Made by a program: the position numbers and the translations under genes. A DNA stretch of 60,769 bases, counting the filler, from Sphacelaria rigidula (taxonomy: Eukaryota): NCBI GenBank assembly GCA_964200075.2. It is 5 parts of 5 records of this genome, joined end to end, with 100 filler letters (N's around TTAATTAATTAA, not from the genome) between each part and the next. Parts side by side here need not be neighbours in the genome. Positions count along the whole stretch, not along the records: positions 24,350 to 36,423 come from CAXNAA020004157.1; 4 more parts are not named here. One strand, written 5' to 3'. Numbering within the stretch: position 1 is the stretch's first letter; every line of letters begins with the position of its first letter. Shown here in pieces: positions 24,408 through 36,523 of the stretch. The notes below the pieces were generated by a model. The model had not been told where the DNA came from, did not search any database, and was given only the letters and a program-made list of their open reading frames with translations.

Positions 24408-24749
24408 GCAGGTTGCCTCAGGTGCAGAACGAAGCCCAAAACGTCTCAAGTCGGCACGACCGTAGAAAAGAGGGGGGGGGGAAGGTGGCGGTTGCTACGC
24501 ACGTTTTACTGCGTTGTTACCCCACCTCATCGCAGACTCGCCGACGTTTTGTTATGACATCTTTTCCAGGAAAACAAGAAGCCAAAATGAGGCCCAAGAT
24601 AGGTGGCGCTTTCTGGGCGGTAAAAATTTCTTGTTTGGCTTGGAAATCAGAATGAGGAATCCGTATTTTTCCACCGAAAAATGTTCCATGATGCCTGGGC
24701 AGTGAAAATCATGTTTGCTTGGGCGATAAAATGCTGCCGCATTTGCCTT

Positions 24750-25013
24750 GCCGGTCGCTCTGGTGAATCAGTCGGTACCCTCGAAGCCTTCTGACGTTTA
24801 GGTCGTGGGTTCGAATCTCGGTGCAGTCACACGATCCAGGATTTGTTCTCACGCCATGCCCAACAGTGGAGAACGACTATGTCGTGGGTACACAAACAAT
24901 TGATTCCATGGTCGACGAGGGAAAGGGACCGCTGAACCATTATTGCGATGAAAAAAGTAAGGCAGGTACCGCAGAAGGAAGGTGGAGCACTAAAACAAGA
25001 TAAAAATATAAAA
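24750..25013 (+). mobile_element. Putative tRNA-derived SINE (family B)
   Basis: A-box-like TGGTGAATCAGTCGG, B-box GGTTCGAATC, A-rich tail AAAACAAGATAAAAATATAAAA; single copy in this window. Confidence 0.5.
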
Positions 25014-25499
25014 CTGTTGTTGTGTTGGCCTTCCTCCTTGCTGTGTGACCCCGCCTGGTGCGCCCAGTTATACCGAGAGGTGTAGAGTGGCCTTCAGAAT
25101 AGATGGAATGACAATAAACACGTACACACATTTGCCTTGGAAAAAAAAAAATGGGAGAAGGAAGTGTTTTGCCTATTAACACGGAAGGGTGGGGGGAGGT
25201 ATGCCACCCTGAGAAGAGTTACATCCCGTGCAAAAGCATAAAATAGGCCGAATCACAACTGCACAGCGCAGCTCTGTACAGCACAGTATAGTAGAGTACA
25301 GTAGAACGACAACAACGAACGAGATACCGTGACTTCACTGACGAGACATGAAGTCACGTAAGATGACACCAGCCGTGGCCGCCGACGAGTGTAGGGTCTC
25401 GTACGTCGAGTGGATGATATTTGACTGCTTGTGTTTTCCTTCCCCCCCCCCCCACCCAATACTGTTCTTGTCCGTTATAACTCGATTCACGCTACGCAG

Positions 25500-25619
25500 G
25501 ATCGCATCTTTGTCGTTCACGGAGGCCTTTTCCCGCACGATGGCGTTACGCTCAACCACATCCGGGGAATGAGACGCAAAAGGGAACCGCCCATACACAG
25601 CACTTCCTTCGAAGATCAG
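25500..25619 (+). CDS. PPP-family Ser/Thr phosphatase (PP5/PPEF clade), internal exon
   Basis: cag|DRIFVVHGGLFPHDGVTLNHIRGMRRKREPPIHSTSFEDQ|gt, 120 bp, phase 0-0. Confidence 0.9.
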
Positions 25620-25681
25620 GTGCGAAAAAGGCACACGGAACATGTCGCCTGGTGTTCGATTGCTCGAATGAGGTACTGTAG

Positions 25682-26001
25682 TTATTATTTATTATCTTTT
25701 TGTCGCACTTCGAACCCCTCCCCTTCCTCGGGATGAGTCCATGGTCTCAAGGACCAACCCATCTCTCCCCCGGTACAAGCCTTGCATTTTGGTCTCGAGG
25801 ATTGGATCAGCACTACTCCTGCACCGCGTCAACGCACGCCAAACAAACTCAGCCGAATACTTTGTTTACGCACGTTCTCAAGCTTTCCACGGTAGAAATC
25901 ACATACTACGAAGAAAAACTCCGACACATCGGGAATCGAACCCTCGTTCTCTCCAACCTAATGGCGACAGTCGGACCATCACACCACCGGGACGCGGCGG
26001 C
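25682..26001 (-). mobile_element. tRNA-derived SINE (family A)
   Basis: Head GCCGCCGCGTCCCGGTGGTGTGATGG...GGTTCGATTCC, A-rich tail; homologous to 29766-30070 and fragment 31840-31912. Confidence 0.75.
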
Positions 26002-27723
26002 ATTACAAGTTATGCTGAAGTAAGCGTTTTCAGGGTTTAGGGTACCCTGCCCCTCAGAAGGCTGATGATGACGTCCGTAGAGATCAATCCTCGATTCTTA
26101 GTGATACACGCCAATCGCGGGCTACGAATGACACCACTCGGGGCTACAAGAATCCAACCTCAATTTTTTCGTTCACTGTAGCAGCTCCACCGATGCCTCC
26201 GACACTCTTGCCGACGAAAAATATGCCGTCGAAATTTTTCGCTGGAAAACGGGATTTGATGACAATACGGAGTGCTTTTGCTTTTTAATTCAGAATGGCG
26301 AGGCTGGCTCTCTGATCAATTCGGCGGTGACTACATAATCTAGGGCGGGTTCGTCGACGTAGCAATGGTGGTAGCGGTGGTAGTAGTGGTGCGGATGGTG
26401 CTGGTAAACAACGTTTTCGTAAAATTGCGAGTAGAGGACATGGTTGAGAGTGAAAAACAGTCAATTAGTGAGTGAATCATTTCAGTTCCGAAATGCCCCT
26501 ACGCGCGGCCCGATATGCTTTCTGAAGTAGCTTGCCAGTGAGATTCTTGGTATCCCTGAGTGGGATATCGACGTGTAGGTGTAAGCACACGCTAGAGATG
26601 GAGGCAAAGAAAAAGCACACACTGAATGAAAAATTGTCCAAGTCAAAGCGAATGACCAGAGCCACTCTCAATCAGCGCTCCACGCTCAATCACACGAAAA
26701 CTTTGTTAGTAGGGGTAATGATCGTAGTATAGCTCGCAGCGCACATAGTTATTCTCACTGCGGCACAGATATCTGGCCTAACGTAGAACCTGAACTCGTG
26801 CAGGGTCTTCGGCACAGGTAAAACAAACTGTTCCGAGATGAGTCTTACGACCCAACGTCTGTTGTATCTGTTTTAAGGCTTGGCAGTTGAGGAGCCCCTC
26901 GCGTGGCACGTCAGAATCATGCTCTCGGTTTGATTTTCATCCAGGTAGCGCATGATTGGCCCGATATTGCGTTTGAATCAAAATTTCGAGCTAAGCTCTG
27001 TCAGTGTCGTCAGTTGAGAGTTTCGAGTGAGGTTTCTATAATATCTCTCTTGTATGGAGGAATACATTGCAAGGTGTAGCTTTCCATCGTAATGTCAACC
27101 CGTCCCGTTTACTGGTAAGCAGCTGGCACAAAAAACTACACTTTGCTGGCCTGTAAAAACGCTGTAGCTTGTACCCGAAAAGGTTTTGAAAATATGTTCG
27201 GGCCACTCATCGTCTCTGCGACGTCATATCATGTGTAGACCACAGGTTACAGATATATCATCACCCGAGGCGACTATTTTCCCTAAAAGCACAGTCACGC
27301 CAGTACTGCCAAAAATCCCGTCTTTCACCGAAATAAATCGAAAATGCATGTTTGCCAATAATGAAGCATTCGCCACGGTGAACTCATGCCACCTTAGCTC
27401 ACGAGAAAATCTGAGGCTAGGCCCCTTCTTGTTATCATTTGATGTAGAGAGTGTCGGAAAACGCTTTTTTTGTCATTTCAGAGTGCAAATATCTCAGGAT
27501 CAGAATGCAGAATGAAAAAAAATCACCTCATTGAAAAAAAGATAAGGGGATACCACATTTGACGGAGGGGGAAAATAGTGTTTCGTTACACTCTGATCCT
27601 GAGATATTTGCAGTCTAAATACCGCATTCGATGGAGGAGGAAAATAATGTTTCGTCACACTCTGATCCTGAGCTATTTGCAGTCAAAAATGACGAAAAGG
27701 CATTTTCCGAAATTCTCTATTTT

Positions 27724-27784
27724 CATCACCACCGTCATCACCGTCGTCCTCGCTGTCCTCGTCGTCGTCATCATCATCATCATT

Positions 27785-27833
<49 letters not shown>

Positions 27834-27862
27834 CCATCATCATCACCATCATCATCACCATT
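27724..27862. repeat. (CAT/CAC/CGT)n microsatellite
   Basis: Intronic trinucleotide run. Confidence 0.95.
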
Positions 27863-28141
27863 ACCGCCATTCACGCAGTGTTATATTTCAAGTACTCTCT
27901 TCTCAATTTACTATTTTTCCGCGTCAGAAACTATCAAGAGAACATCGCCAAACAAGGATCAATGCACACTACTAAGCTTCGCCCCTGCTGAATACACTCT
28001 ACGACCTAAAGTACCCCACCAAGCCAGTCAAAGATGCCCTACTCCCGAAGCAAACATTTTCCTGGTCCTTGAGACATATCTCAACCTTGGCCCGCTCCGC
28101 TCCCGCTCTCTCTAATCATTTCCCGTAAACCCCAACCCCAG

Positions 28142-28350
28142 ATATTTGAAGCAATGCTATGGTCCGATCCACGGCCTATCCAGGGGAGGCAGTTGTCGGC
28201 ACGTGGTGCAGGGGTGGAGTTCGGGCAGGATGTTACTCACGAATTTCTTCGGACCAATCACGCGGCCTTGATCATAAGAAGTCATGAGTGTGTGGGAGAA
28301 GGTTTCGAGCTTCTGCACAGCGGCCGCTTGATTACACTCTTCTCGGCTAG
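28142..28350 (+). CDS. PPP-family phosphatase (PP5/PPEF clade), next exon
   Basis: cag|IFEAMLWSDP...RGAGVEFG...IIRSHE...GFELLHSGRLITLFSA|gt; in phase with exon 25500-25619. Confidence 0.92.
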
Positions 28351-28700
28351 GTATGATGATAGATTATATATGGAAAATATTCATTGCGGAAGTTGAACCG
28401 GAATTGGGGGGGTACGATGCTCTGAAGGAATTTCGACTTCTGAGGGGTTTTCACATTTTGCGAAAAAGGCATACGGTTGTTCCGGAAACGGGTGTTTACA
28501 TGGCCATTTTACTTCGATATCACTGAAACATCGTTCTCCCGCCAGTAACGAGGACTCGTGACAATCATCACAAGGTAGTATGCATCGCACTAAGCACCAT
28601 TCTTACGCGAACAATGAGCACTGTAGTGAATATATCATACTTGCAGTTCCCGCCTGACAACAAAGAACATTCGGAACGTTCTTGACGACTCTTCAAACAT

Positions 28701-28913
28701 CGCCGGAGGGAGCGTAGAGTAGCGACAGTTCCTTCTTGAAAATGATCTCCAACAAATTTCGACTATAGCCGATAGGATGGACAGATCTTTGGTTCGATTC
28801 CTGCCCGCGCCGGAGGGAGCGTAAAGTAGCGACAGTTCCTCCTCGAGAATGATCTCCAACAAAGTTCGACTGTAGCCGATAGGATGGACAGATCTTTGGT
28901 TCGGTTCCTGCCC
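28701..28913. repeat. Tandem duplication of about 107 bp
   Basis: CGCCGGAGGGAGCGTA...GATCTTTGGTTCG.TTCCTGCCC x2. Confidence 0.85.
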
Positions 28914-29765
28914 TGATGCGTTTTTTGTTTTTTCTTGGAAGTATCTGATCTCCACCAGTCGGCAAGAAGAAATTGACCGAGTTTGATTGACGAGAGTTGA
29001 TGCTGGGCGGATGTGCGGGAGTGATGAACTAGTCCACGAGATTACAGTATGACGTGGGAAAAAAAATACGAAAAATATCAAGGTGCATTATACGCTGGCA
29101 AGGGCCAGGTAGAGTGGGGGAACGGGAAGCGGGGGTTGGAAGGACATGTATCAAAAACCGCCGTCTCGTAGGCAAATTAAGGGGGGTATGTGCATGGACA
29201 TAGTTCAACCACCGCTTCGAGATACGGGTTGGAGCTTCGAATGAAGATATGTTATCAACAGCTTCAACTTTCACGAGTATGATAGGAAACTTGATGTGCT
29301 CCGATTTGTATCCATGCAACGGGTGAATAGCGGCCGTACGTATGAAGTTTTTTGTGTGTGTGTGTGGCTTACTTCGGTATATTTTTACCCTCGCTCCCAC
29401 GTTCTAACCGTTTAAACGCTTGGATATTGTGGTGGGCCGTTTCATCGATATTTCATTCACGGGGGGGGTTATTTTTATCCACGAGGGACATGTTTTATCA
29501 ACAAACCAATGCATCAGCAAAAGCACTGGTGCTGTCAGGGCACAGGCTAAGCCAATCTCCCCCCTCCCCCGGCTAGGACACAGACCGGGTGAAGACATGA
29601 AATAACGAACCGAACCATCTTCTTGGCATTACTAGGATATGACGAAAACCAGACATCGGCATGGAATAACGAGCCTCATAGTATTTTTATGCATGATCAG
29701 AACACAGATCGGATATAGACATGACATAACAAAGCAAGCCATATTCCTATTTGCACGACCATTAT

Positions 29766-30070
29766 GCCGCCGCGCCCCGGTGGTGTAATGGTCCGACTTC
29801 GCCATTAGAGTGGAGAGAACGGGGATTCGATCCCCGATGCGGTGGGTTTTTTCTTCAAAATGTATGGTTTCCACCGTGGAAAGTGTGAGGACGTGAGTAA
29901 ACGAAGTAGTCGACAGGGTTTGTTTGACGTAAGTTGACGCGGTGCGGGAGTGCTGACCCAACCCGCGAGACCAAAATGAAAGGCACGTACCGGGGGAGAG
30001 ATGGGTTGATCGCTTGAGACCACGGACTCATCCCGAGGAAGGGAAGGGGTTCAAAGTGTGAAGGGAAAAA
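29766..30070 (+). mobile_element. tRNA-derived SINE (family A)
   Basis: A box TGGTGTAATGG, B box GATTCGATCC; inverse homologue of 25682-26001. Confidence 0.75.
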
Positions 30071-30370
30071 TATATGTATGTAAACCTATACAACATTCGA
30101 CAGTCGGGGTTCCCGTTATCAACGATCGCGCGCGGCTTGGTAGAGCCCCGGGACTCAGAGTACTGGCTAGGCTTGCGTTTGTTGGGGGAAACGTTGGGAA
30201 GCTGGGACAGAGAAACAGGAGCAACAGTCCCCATGGTTTCTGAAGTGGTGAAAAGGTCGAAAAATGGAAGCACCCGCGCACGCGTACTGCTTGCCCCGTT
30301 TGTTCGCGCATTTTTGTTCACCTTTTTAAACGGAATACTGTGACGAAAAAAATACGTCGGAACAACGAAA

Positions 30371-30913
30371 AACGAAAAATGTGTATGTGTTCTAAAATTT
30401 ACCCAAGCCAGAGACAGCCTGGCGGAAAGAGACAAAAAAAATGCCGTTCCGAAATTTACCGAGTCTTGCAAATAATTCAAGGTTAGAGTGCAATTTACCA
30501 AAAAATACACGACCAGAGACAATGAAATTCGGCTCCAAAATTCACCGAACCGCGGCAAATCGGCTGTTACATTCCCCGAACCCAGAACTCCGGGAAATCA
30601 AATCTAAGGAACACAGAAAGGCCGGCGAAAAAAGCAACGAAAAATGTATACGTGTTCTAAATTTACCCAAGCCAGAGACAGCCTGGCGGAAAGAGACCAA
30701 AAAAACATGCCGTTCCGAAATTTACCGAACCTTGCCAAGAACTCAAGGATAGACTGCAATTTACTACAAAATACACGGCCAGGAAAATAATAGTAATAGC
30801 ATTCGGCTCCACATTTCACCGTACCGCGGGAAATCGGCTGTTAAATTCACCGAACCCAGAACCCCAGGAGGGAAATCGATTCTAAGGAACACAGGAAGGC
30901 CGACGAAAAAAGC
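30371..30913. repeat. Two tandem units of about 270 bp
   Basis: AACGAAAAATGT...ATTTACCCAAGCCAGAGACAGCCTGGCGGAAAGAGAC...GAAAAAAGC x2. Confidence 0.85.
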
Positions 30914-32219
30914 GCCGTGCCGAGGTCTGCAAAGAGGCAACAACAAACAGGTGAACGGTGATGGAAAATCATTGCATACCTGATCAACCTTACGTCATTA
31001 TGTGTTTTGCGCAATACAGTCACACACATGCAGCGACATGGTCGAAAGAAAACTTAGCCCGAAGGAAACAGAGACGCTCTTCGTGCGTTCTGGTGTGTCC
31101 TGTGTTCATCGCGTATGCCTGTAAAGTTGAAATTTCCGTTTTTTAGAATCAAAATGTCAGATCCACCATCAGGGCTCCTCGTGTTGCCTATTACGCGCAT
31201 ACTTTCGGCACTGACAACTTGCGTCGAAGGTCGAATCTCGCCCTCGTCGAAGGTGAACAGTTATGGAGAAACATTGCACAATCTCATCAAGCTTTCGAAA
31301 AAGAAAAATGTCGCAGGGTGACGTGGAGCTGAAGGGGATTGTGAAGTGTACTGTTTTAAGAGTAGGTCTAATTGTCCCGCTTGCACGGGAGAGTTCGCAC
31401 GTAATCTTAGTTAGACATGCATATACTTCACGTGGATCACATTCCCAGAGGTTGTATGAGGATGAATTCGCAGTGTGTAGTGTGGGATAGTTTTGGCAAC
31501 GAGAACAAAGTCACGTTGTTCGGACATTTACCTAGAGCATACATAGATGTGAGCGTATGCTTTGCTGCGCGGTTTTCAAACATTGGAAAGTGATCTTCAC
31601 CTCGATGCAAGTCAGACGTTTTGGCTCACATCCATGATTGTTGAGGCATGGAGTACTATTATTCGTTCTTCAGAGCTGGAACAGTGTAGCACAACCAATT
31701 TGGTCCACAGCGCTGCGCTACTTTTGATCTCACAGTCAAGTGGGTGCATCCAAAGCGTAAAATGATCACTGTTATAGCTGATAATTCAAAAACATGTGGT
31801 AAAAATACACATGGGCACCCCGACATTACAACATTTTCCCCTCACTTCGAGCGCCTCCCCTTCCTCGGGACAAGTCCGTGGTCTCAAGGGATCAACCCTA
31901 ACCCATCTCTCGCCCAAAACTGGAAAGGAAAAACCAGAAAAGAACGCAATACATTGAAATCACGGGGCGGTGCTTCATGTACTTCAAGGCGATGCAATTG
32001 TAAAACACCGAAATATCGGGTTCAAAGAGGTCTGACAGGGTTCTAGGTACTCTAGCCATGAAATGACACGTCATTGAAATTCAGAGTCCCTTGAGCTCTA
32101 AACGCTTAGAGAGTGAATTTCCACGAAAAGATACGACATGTTCAGCCTAAATTTCTAATTTTCAAAAGAGCTCCAGGGCGTCCTCTGATGACTAGCCGGC
32201 CCTTGTCCATAGCTCTCAC

Positions 32220-35200
32220 CTCTGGGTGGCGACCTCTGCCATGGCCCGGATGATCAAGGTCTCCTGGTGACCGCAGAACTCGACGATGATATTCAACACC
32301 TGTTCGTGCGTTCGTTCGTTCGTGTCGCGCGAACGCTTCACCATCATCATCACTGTCATCATCCAAATGTACCCTGTATCGACCACAAACCACTGCATGT
32401 AGTGAAAGGGTTCGCTGACGGTGATTTGCAGCGCCTGTGTTTCTCCATCCGATCTCGTGAAAACTTTGCGATCACACTCAGAGTCTTCCGTTCAGACCAT
32501 CCTACTGTACGGCATATTGAGGGGATGTTAGTGCACCCACCTTGCAGCACGGGTCAAAGCGACAAGATGACCTACTCTGACCTGAAGTTTTACTCGATAT
32601 GGAAATAATGCAAAAATATGAATACGTTGCAAAAACTTTGGATTAGATTTTTCTCTCGGTCAAAAGCTGCTGAAAAAAAAAGAGAGAGAAAAGAAATTAC
32701 TGCTGCTTCCTCTCATATCATATTTCAACGTTTCCTCCGACACATGCACCCTCCCCCCCCCAAAAAAAACAAATGGACAACACAGAAACGCCTTTCATGT
32801 ATCGTGGGTTGTCAAACAGCCTACCGAGCGGACACCTATTCTGGCCGACCAAGCGAAGGGTTTGATAACACACTCTGCACGACTCTACCGTCCACGTAGA
32901 TCCACGGCCCTTGTCTACCGTGCTTACTTGCCAGCAAAGGCGGGTGCGTTCTGATCCTGATTCTGATTATTATCATTAACATCATCATCATCATCATCAT
33001 CATCCTCATCCTCATTGTCATGATCATCATTATATCGATCTCTCGAACCCGTGATAAGACGTCAAAAAAGAGTGCGTTGTGAGGGTCCTCTGGCTTCGGA
33101 AAAATTCGGCATATCTAGTTCGCGCCAAGGTTTCCTGATACCACCTACACATGTACGGGCTACAGTGCCTACGGCATTCGAGCAGCCCACGCCAATCCAC
33201 ATTGGTACAAGTACCGCCAGATGAAGCGTCAGGGGCTTCACTGATGCGATAAGCGGTGCAGCAGACTATCAGACTGCGGAGTGATGATACCTTGAGCAGC
33301 TTGTCTAGGACGTGAAGGCTGTCGTCGCGCAGCAGCGCCCTCTCGAGAATGTTGCTGAGGTACGCATCGTGCGCGTTGATGATGTCGTCCAGAGTATGGG
33401 CGGAGTCCAATTGCTCCTGCAGCGTTCCCCACGAGGTCTCCAGCACCTCAAACATCATGTAGTTGCTGATGAGCATGCGCGCAAACGCGGAGCAGAACAA
33501 AATCCCGTGTTTCGTTGGTGAAATACACAGTTGCGAGAGATAGAAACAATGAGCGTACAAGAGGACCTTCCGACACGGCGTGTTAATCTACGCCCGAGTG
33601 CAGGGCGGGCCGATGGCGAGGGTATGTTGAAAAAATTAAGGGAGACACCAGAACTCTGCTGGTCTTGAGTCTTTCACGTCTCTCACGAACTGCATCGCCA
33701 AAATGCAGCACCCAGAGGAGTGTCACTGCTGTAGATATGGCGAGCTAGTAGGTGAGATGCCGCCTCCGCCAATTGAATACCCTCGACACCAGGACGTGCT
33801 AAACGGGATTTTGCCTCTCGTGGTACCTGACGTTTCACAGGAGCACCTGTCGTCCACAAAGCGCACTACAGCACGCTGCCAGCATTGAGAATCGCACTAA
33901 TAATGTTTGCACCTTATGGGCATGGTATTACTGTACCTCAGGTTTGTGGTGAGAAACACCATTTGTCCGCGCACTAGGCTGCACCGGTGGAGGGCAGCCC
34001 TCAGCTGCGGAAGTGCCCGTTCCACCTGCGCCACCAACAACACGGGACCGCGTCCAACAGAACAACAGAGTCGACAAGACAGTGCAGTGGGCCCTACCTA
34101 AAATGGTCGTTGGAATACACTCACAGGTTACTTCACTTGCTTCGGTTAGTAGGTTAGTAGCGCCTCAAACAAAAGCAAGGACAAGATGACTTCCAGTGAG
34201 GGACTCCTCCAGTATCACTGGCCTCGTGCTCGACAAGTCCTTTCTTTAAGTTTCTTATGATCACGGAGTGATCCTCAACAGATCACGAGCCAGACAGCAA
34301 GGGCTATCAATCCAGGATCCCCTGTCCCCTACCACTGCTCCAATCATGCATGCGATTATACTGAAACCTTACGGCGTGGTATCATTTGGTTACAGGACAC
34401 AGTGATACAGTGATACAGCTCGCTGTGAAAATGACAGTGAAGGTGACACGTGCGACCGAATCAAGGGGATCATCACATGACGCCACGGAATATAGGAAAG
34501 TATACACGCTAGACTTAGCTTCCCCGCAAAACTTACACGGACGTGTGTGGCGCTGTTGTGCAGCCGCCAAGCTGAAGCTAGGCTCCACTCGACGCGCTTG
34601 ACCCGCCAGAGCACGTGAAACACTCGCCGGTAATTCGCTAGCGCCTTGATTGTGAGCAAGATGACAACGATGACGATGATGATGACGATGACGACAACGG
34701 GGAGAGTTGGCACGCCACAAGGAGGGCAAGAAAAAAAATAACAAGAATGCGAGCAGAGAAAAAACATGAGGCACAAGCATGGAGAACCACTGCAAAAGCT
34801 TCCAAGAATTTTGCAACACTGGTAATTCTCAGTCCACCACGGGAGCGCAATACGTGGACGCGTGGAACACAGTTGTACACCAAGCCAAGCAACCTACGAC
34901 GGACGATGTGCAACAAATGCTGCCCTCGAAACGGGGAAAAGGGCTCGACCTCGGGCGCAAGAGCGACAAAAGGACTGAAACGTGACGGTAAACAGATATA
35001 CATGAGAATGAAATAGTCGCGTACCTTTTCGTGTACCACTGCGGTGATCGGAGATTGCACCGCGTATTTCAGCGAAAATATCTGCCATCCTCTGCGCAAA
35101 CGTGACGACACACAAAACGCGACACGCGCAACCGAGATAACATGGCATGGTCGGTCACGGGATATGCCGGAGTACAGCAACAGGAGAGCCTTCCATTGTC

Positions 35201-35657
35201 AACACCTGAGCGCAGCGTGACGTGTAGTATAGCAACGCTCTGCGCTTTCCATTTGTTGCTGAAGCGCAGAAGCACAACCATCACAAAAAGTCGAATTTGG
35301 TCGTTTCACTCGTTTTTTGCTGCAAAAATGGTCCCATCTGCACGGGGAAGGGATTCCCAGCACATTTTGGCAACAAAAAAGTGACCATAGATATTTCTAC
35401 TGTACCGAAACACGGCAGCGTCAAGCGAACGTAGCGGAAGCGAACGGACGAAAGTCGTCGACTCCTCACGTGTCAGATTCCGATCCCTTCAAGATTTCAA
35501 CTTCCACGTTGCCCACATCCTCCGGCTCTTCCTGTGCGATGCTGCTCGTCTTGATAACGCCCTCAACGATCCCCACAACATTGTGTCGGAAAATCATCGT
35601 GGACTTCTTGTTCAGCTCCGCGCCCAGCACCTCTACCAGGGTAAGCATCAGGTCTCC
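32220..35657 (-). CDS. TUBGCP3: Gamma-tubulin complex component 3 (GCP3/Spc98), six internal exons: 35657-35470, 35091-35025, 34644-34537, 34025-33937, 33465-33291, 32299-32220
   Basis: All GT-AG and phase-consistent; spliced protein GDLMLTLVEVL...FRHNVVGIVEG...SDTGWQIFSLKYAV.SPI...YRRVFHVLWRVKRVEWSL...LHRCSLVRGQM...NYMMFEVLETSW...LDDIINAHDAYL matches the GCP3 GRIP2 region. Confidence 0.92.
32960..33032. repeat. (CAT)n-rich microsatellite
   Basis: Intronic run. Confidence 0.85.
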
Positions 35658-35683
35658 CTTGTGTTTCAAGTCAGCGACAAAGA

Positions 35684-36423
35684 GAGGAGGGAGGGGGCGC
35701 GGGTGGGTGGGTGGGGGGCGTACTTATTCGTTGCTTGCCTTAGTCGTTTGACCATTGACCACGCATCCCTTTCGAGACGGAGCACCGTTCCTACTGCTCA
35801 TAGAGTCACCTCCAACATTCCGGCGCTCAAAACGTTTCTTCCATACATTGCACAAAAACTTCTACAGATCTTATCCCCGTCCTGTTTCGCCGTCTGTGGC
35901 CACCATCCATCTCCTAATATGACCATCGTTTTCTCCCTGCTGTCTAATGCATCGAACGATTCCATGCTATCTTTGTTTCTCGACTTCTTTATCCCACCTT
36001 ACTCCAGCCTTCCCTTTCGTGATTTTCTTCCATACAACCTTATCAACTATAGCTGGCAGTCTCTCTCTCTGCATGTTCTTTACGCTATTCTGCCATAGAA
36101 ATTTCTTCATGCCTCTGATTGTTTCAAGTGAGTACATTCACAACTCTGCTCTCAAAACTGTATTACTCGTCGTTTTCGAGCATCCAAGTATCTTCTTAGC
36201 TGCTGCCATCTGTACTGCTTCTAACTACTTTACCAACTTCGCGTTCCTCTCCCATACTTCTCCTGCATATTCCAGCTTTGGTACGATCACGTTCATCAGG
36301 ATACATATCTGAATCCTAGAGTCTAGGTGCGGGTCTCTGAGGATCACGTCCAACCTGCCTATCTGTGCCTCACCCGTTTCTATTACTTTGTTTACGTGTG
36401 CGTCCCAAGAACAGTTTTTTGAG
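35684..36423 (-). mobile_element. LINE fragment (RT thumb region plus 3' end) in a GCP3 intron
   Basis: SWDAHVNKV...VPKLEYAGEVW...LEAVQMAAAKKILGC...VLRAEL with stops and an internal deletion; ends AAGTACG plus C-rich tail. Confidence 0.88.
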
Positions 36424-36523
36424 NNNNNNNNNNNNNNNNNNNNNNNNNNNNNNNNNNNNNNNNNNNNTTAATTAATTAANNNNNNNNNNNNNNNNNNNNN
36501 NNNNNNNNNNNNNNNNNNNNNNN
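36424..36523. other. Artificial contig linker
   Basis: N44-TTAATTAATTAA-N44. Confidence 0.97.

Noticed and set aside
25328..26075. Hammerhead ribozyme cores (CTGACGA at about 25337, CTGATGA at about 26062 and elsewhere)
   Set aside because: No stem II plus GAAA arrangement
27578..27991. Poly-I/H/M/D ORFs
   Set aside because: Translations of an intronic (CAT)n microsatellite
29770..29845. tRNA gene (also about 25925-26000 and 24752-24825)
   Set aside because: A and B boxes are present but there is no proper cloverleaf; followed by a shared body and A-rich tail, consistent with SINE heads
30764..30926. Terminal GCP3 exon containing FLRIDF
   Set aside because: The motif lies inside a tandem 270-bp repeat and the expected intervening GCP3 sequence is missing; probably coincidental
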